Positions 60,401 to 64,000 of a DNA stretch of 64,000 nt are shown in pieces; position 1 is the stretch's first letter; each line of letters begins with the position of its first letter. The position numbers and the translations under genes were made by a program. Source of the stretch: Negaprion brevirostris (Eukaryota); assembly GCA_030324005.1 (NCBI GenBank), contig JARDVH010000115.1:44261277-44325276 (forward strand). The letters are read 5' to 3'. The notes under the pieces were generated by a model. That model saw only the letters and a program-made list of their open reading frames with translations, searched no databases and was not told the DNA's origin.

Positions 60401-61398
60401 GCAGCCTCTCAGATCCCACAACAGTACCTCCACTTGAGAACCAGCAATCCCAAGGGCCATCCCAGGTCTCATTTCCATTCCTACGGAACTTGCAGCCTTA
60501 AAACTCCAAATGCTGGTTAACGTTTCTTACTCATGTTGTGGTTCCTTCCATTAGAAATCTTTCGTTTGACAGAATGGACAATCCAAACTACTTGGTCAGG
60601 AAGTTGGAAGGTAGGATGGCAATTGCTGTGCTCTGATAAAGAACATGTTCCAGGCACATCATTTGGAAAGGTGGGTTCCAGATCAGAGAAGTGATAAGAT
60701 TCCATCCAGAATGTTTTAAAGTCTAGATTAAGTCAGAGATTAGTTTAAACTGTTACTAACACAAGTCCAAACAAATAGAAAGCTTAATTCCATTAGGCAG
60801 CACGCCAGTAACTGATATTAGTAACGAACAAAGTTGTGCTTGTCTTCCTCAATAATTTGATAGAAATATCTAAACCTTTGTGCCAGAAAGTAAACAGAGA
60901 ATTTTAAAAAAGAGGAGAAATAGAAATAGGCCAGTAACTTCTGATCGCCGGTGGAAATGTATGGTCTGTCAAAAATAGAAGAACATTTGCATATTTATGA
61001 TTCCTGAGCAGCTCTGCTGAAACTCTCAGTGAGGACAGCAGACTCAGACAGTCAGCACAGCCATCTCACCAGACCCCAGTGTGTCGCCAGCGAAACTTAA
61101 CAACATTCCCTTATGATGCGGCAAGATTGGGAACACTCATTGAGGTCCAGGTTCCAAAAGGCAGTTTTGCATTGAAAAATGAGGGGATCCATGCTCTTAT
61201 GAAAGATATGTAGTTGTATTTGGTTTTTTTTGCTACCTCTTTTTAAGTAGTTAATACTATTGTTATTGGTTCACTCCAACGGTATTTTTAAAATTCATTT
61301 TAATTATTGAACGTGAGTATTATTTAATATGTACAAATAAACAAATGTTTTATTTGTTTTAAATTTGTGAAAGTACTATTTAGGGTTACAGGATCATA

Positions 61399-61517
61399 GG
61401 GGTAAATTTTTCCATTCCGCCATAACGTAGTGGGTGAGGGGTGGACAAAGGAAAGGTCCATTGACCTCTGGCAGAATTTTCCAGATTCGGGGCAAATGCA
61501 GCCAGAAAGTCCAGCCC
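61399..61517. mobile_element. 119-bp Harbinger-type MITE with ATA TSD
   Basis: ATA|GGGGTAAATTTTTC ... GAAAGTCCAGCCC|ATA, sitting in the tail of the adjacent HE1. Confidence 0.75.
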
Positions 61518-61831
61518 ATAGAATCCTTACTGTGCAGAAGGAGGCCATTTGGTCCATCAAGCCTGCAACGACAACAATTCCACCCATGCTCTATCCCTAT
61601 GAATTTACGTTGCTAATCTCCTTGACACTTAGGGGCAATTTAGCATGGCCAATCAACATAACCTGCACATCTTTGGACTGTGGGAGGCAACTGGAGCACC
61701 CAGAGGAAACCCACACTGAAACGGGGAGAACGTGCAAACTCCACGTAGACAGTTACCCAAGGCCGGAATTGAACCCGGGTCCCTGGTGCTGTGAGGTAAC
61801 AGTGGCTAACTACTGTGTCACTGTGTTGCCC
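61518..61831 (-). mobile_element. HE1-type V-SINE
   Basis: Full-length copy. Confidence 0.93.
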
Positions 61832-62338
61832 TAAAATTGCTTGTATTATTATGTAATTTTTAAAAATTGGTGGGATGGTTATAAGTATTTGTGTGCTTTA
61901 GTTTATAAAATGGTCAGAAATTCTTGAACCATGATTTGGATACCTGCATGAGATCGATCAAAGGGGAGTTCACGTTTTGGGCCATGGAAATTCTAAATGT
62001 GTTTTTTATTTGTATTCTTCTGCTTTGCTTACTTCATTTATAATTCTCATACTTAACTATTCCTTACCTTTCAATAAAGCATTTGTATAATTTATTGTTT
62101 GGTTTCAATAAAACATTAGTAGAATTTGTAGTTTAATGGAAAATATTTATTAACAAAAATAATGTTATATATACAAAACTTTGATACCATGTTAACATTT
62201 AACTAAACATTTTAATTCGGCAGCTGCACTGACATGTTTAATTGCCTCGTCTTTCCAAGTTTCTTACAAAATATATTTCTCTAACAACAATCAACAAAAT
62301 ACCTGCACATTAGCATGTAATTTTGTTGTTGTTAAACA

Positions 62339-62492
62339 AGGAGGTGAGGGTTGGATATGAGGAGGGGTAAGGAGGGAAGGAGGGGAGGGGAAAGGAGGGG
62401 AGGGGAAAGGAGTGGAGGGGGAAATGAGGACAAAGTGAAAAGGAAGGGGGCGAAGGACGGAGAGGGGGAGAGGGAAAAGGGAAGAGGTAAAA
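62339..62492 (+). repeat. GGAGG/GGGGA polypurine tract
   Basis: Repeated AGGAGGGGAGGGGAA units. Confidence 0.85.
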
Positions 62493-62573
62493 GTTTGGAT
62501 TTTACATGTAGCGTGCCTTTTCCATGCCTACATCAAAATCTCAAAAAGAACTTCAATTAAGAATCAAGCTTAG

Positions 62574-62791
62574 AGGAGACTTTCATATGTCATCTTAATT
62601 GATCCACTTTCCTGAAGCATTTGAACTAGCTGAGTTACATAAGGATCAATATTGCATCAGGAAGAATCTTAAAATTGAAATAAATATGACAGGAGACTTG
62701 TAAACGTCATCCTAAAGGATTCGCTTTCCTGAAGCATTTGAACTAGTCAAGTTACACAAGGATCAACATTGCATTGGGGAGACTCTCGAAA
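62574..62791 (+). repeat. Diverged tandem duplication, period 117 bp
   Basis: AGGAGACTT..GTCATC.TAA..GAT.C.CTTTCCTGAAGCATTTGAACTAG...AGTTACA.AAGGATCAA.ATTGCAT at 62574 and 62691. Confidence 0.9.
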
Positions 62792-63672
62792 TAGTGTTAA
62801 AATCTGCTTAAAATACATTGCAAAATCCAAATGCTGAAGTTCATTCCAGACATTGACATCCACTTAGTTATATATGAACAAACATTTTTAATGCAATTAG
62901 TTGTCATGATAAATTTGTAAAGAAAATTTTAAAAATAATTTTCACTTTCTTTGCTTTACTTATATGTTAAACAACTTTNNNNNNNNNNNNNNNNNNNNNN
63001 NNNNNNNNNNNNNNNNNNNNNNNNNNNNNNNNNNNNNNNNNNNNNNNNNNNNNNNNNNNNNNNNNNNNNNNNNNNNNNNNNNNNNNNNNNNNNNNNNNNN
63101 NNNNNNNNNNNNNNNNNNNNNNNNNNNNNNNNNNNNNNNNNNNNNNNNNNNNNNNNNNNNNNNNNNNNNNNNNNNNNNNNNNNNNNNNNNNNNNNNNNNN
63201 NNNNNNNNNNNNNNNNNNNNNNNNNNNNNNNNNNNNNNNNNNNNNNNNNNNNNNNNNNNNNNNNNNNNNNNNNNNNNNNNNNNNNNNNNNNNNNNNNNNN
63301 NNNNNNNNNNNNNNNNNNNNNNNNNNNNNNNNNNNNNNNNNNNNNNNNNNNNNNNNNNNNNNNNNNNNNNNNNNNNNNNNNNNNNNNNNNNNNNNNNNNN
63401 NNNNNNNNNNNNNNNNNNNNNNNNNNNNNNNNNNNNNNNNNNNNNNNNNNNNNNNNNNNNNNNNNNNNNNNNNNNNNNNNNNNNNNNNNNNNNNNNNNNN
63501 NNNNNNNNNNNNNNNNNNNNNNNNNNNNNNNNNNNNNNNNNNNNNNNNNNNNNNNNNNNNNNNNNNNNNNNNNNNNNNNNNNNNNNNNNNNNNNNNNNNN
63601 NNNNNNNNNNNNNNNNNNNNNNNNNNNNNNNNNNNNNNNNNNNNNNNNNNNNNNNNNNNNNNNNNNNNNNNN

Positions 63673-63790
63673 ACAACCATCAGACTTCTCAAAACACTTT
63701 ACAGCCAATGAAGAACTTTTTGAAGTGTGGTCAGTGTTGTAACATAGGAAACACAAAGCAAATTTGCACAGCATCACAAAAACATGATCT
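63673..63790 (-). mobile_element. Deu-SINE 3' tail fragment
   Basis: CTCAAAACACTTTACAGCCAATGAAG..TTTTGAAGTGTGGTCAGTGTTGTAA..TAGGAAACAC, similar to 42785-42900. Confidence 0.6.
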
Positions 63791-64000
63791 TATCAAAAAC
63801 AGTGCCAAACAAATGTGAAAGCATAAGAGTTTCACACTATTTTTCGTAGAGAGAAAAAATCAAATCTTCTCACACTTAGAAAGATAATGAGGCAAATTGT
63901 GATTTGCACCAGTAGAGGGAATGGATGGAGTCTGTTCACACTGGAAAGCTGACTGCTGACTGCTAAAGGCCGCTAATGTGCATACACCCTGAGCTTCCAG

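Noticed and set aside
60571-60610. Possible 38-nt plus-strand micro-exon (TTTGACAG...AAG|GTAGGA)
   Set aside because: Weak splice sites, not frame-preserving and no recognisable peptide.
1558-61831. tRNA-like sequences and recurring CSLHVLPVSAWVSS-type ORFs; CRISPR-like periodicity
   Set aside because: These are SINE heads and translations of SINE bodies, not tRNA genes or proteins; no repeat-spacer array exists in this eukaryotic sequence.
30718-63818. Long ORFs of 135-284 aa in the ORF track at 30718, 49772, 52053, 52918 and 62951
   Set aside because: They consist mostly of X residues from N gaps.

Overview
Repeat-dense eukaryotic non-coding DNA (intergenic or intronic) from a gapped draft assembly. 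It is almost certainly a cartilaginous fish (shark), because it carries more than a dozen copies of the HE1-type tRNA/V-domain SINE together with their CR1 (HER1-like) partner LINEs. I found no intact protein-coding gene; the ORF track is almost all fragments of repeats or N-runs. Recognisable content: a decayed canonical (H3.2-type) histone H3 pseudogene that still has TATA/CCAAT-like promoter boxes; CR1, RTE and Rex1/Babar LINE remnants; Penelope-like elements, one with a hammerhead-ribozyme core; Gypsy remnants (integrase, PPT, LTR, protease) and solo LTRs; Harbinger transposons (DDE transposase plus Myb/SANT gene) with many derived MITEs; and at least four SINE families. The most interesting signals are a V-SINE variant whose tail matches the Rex1/Babar 3' stem-loop with compensatory changes, two short inverted copies of sequence lying about 1 kb away (35 bp perfect; 144 bp about 93% identical), the promoter-bearing H3 orphon, and an unassigned miRNA-like hairpin. 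I see no convincing novel multi-gene system. Family calls come from motif recognition by eye, and repeat boundaries are approximate unless a TSD or TIR is quoted.
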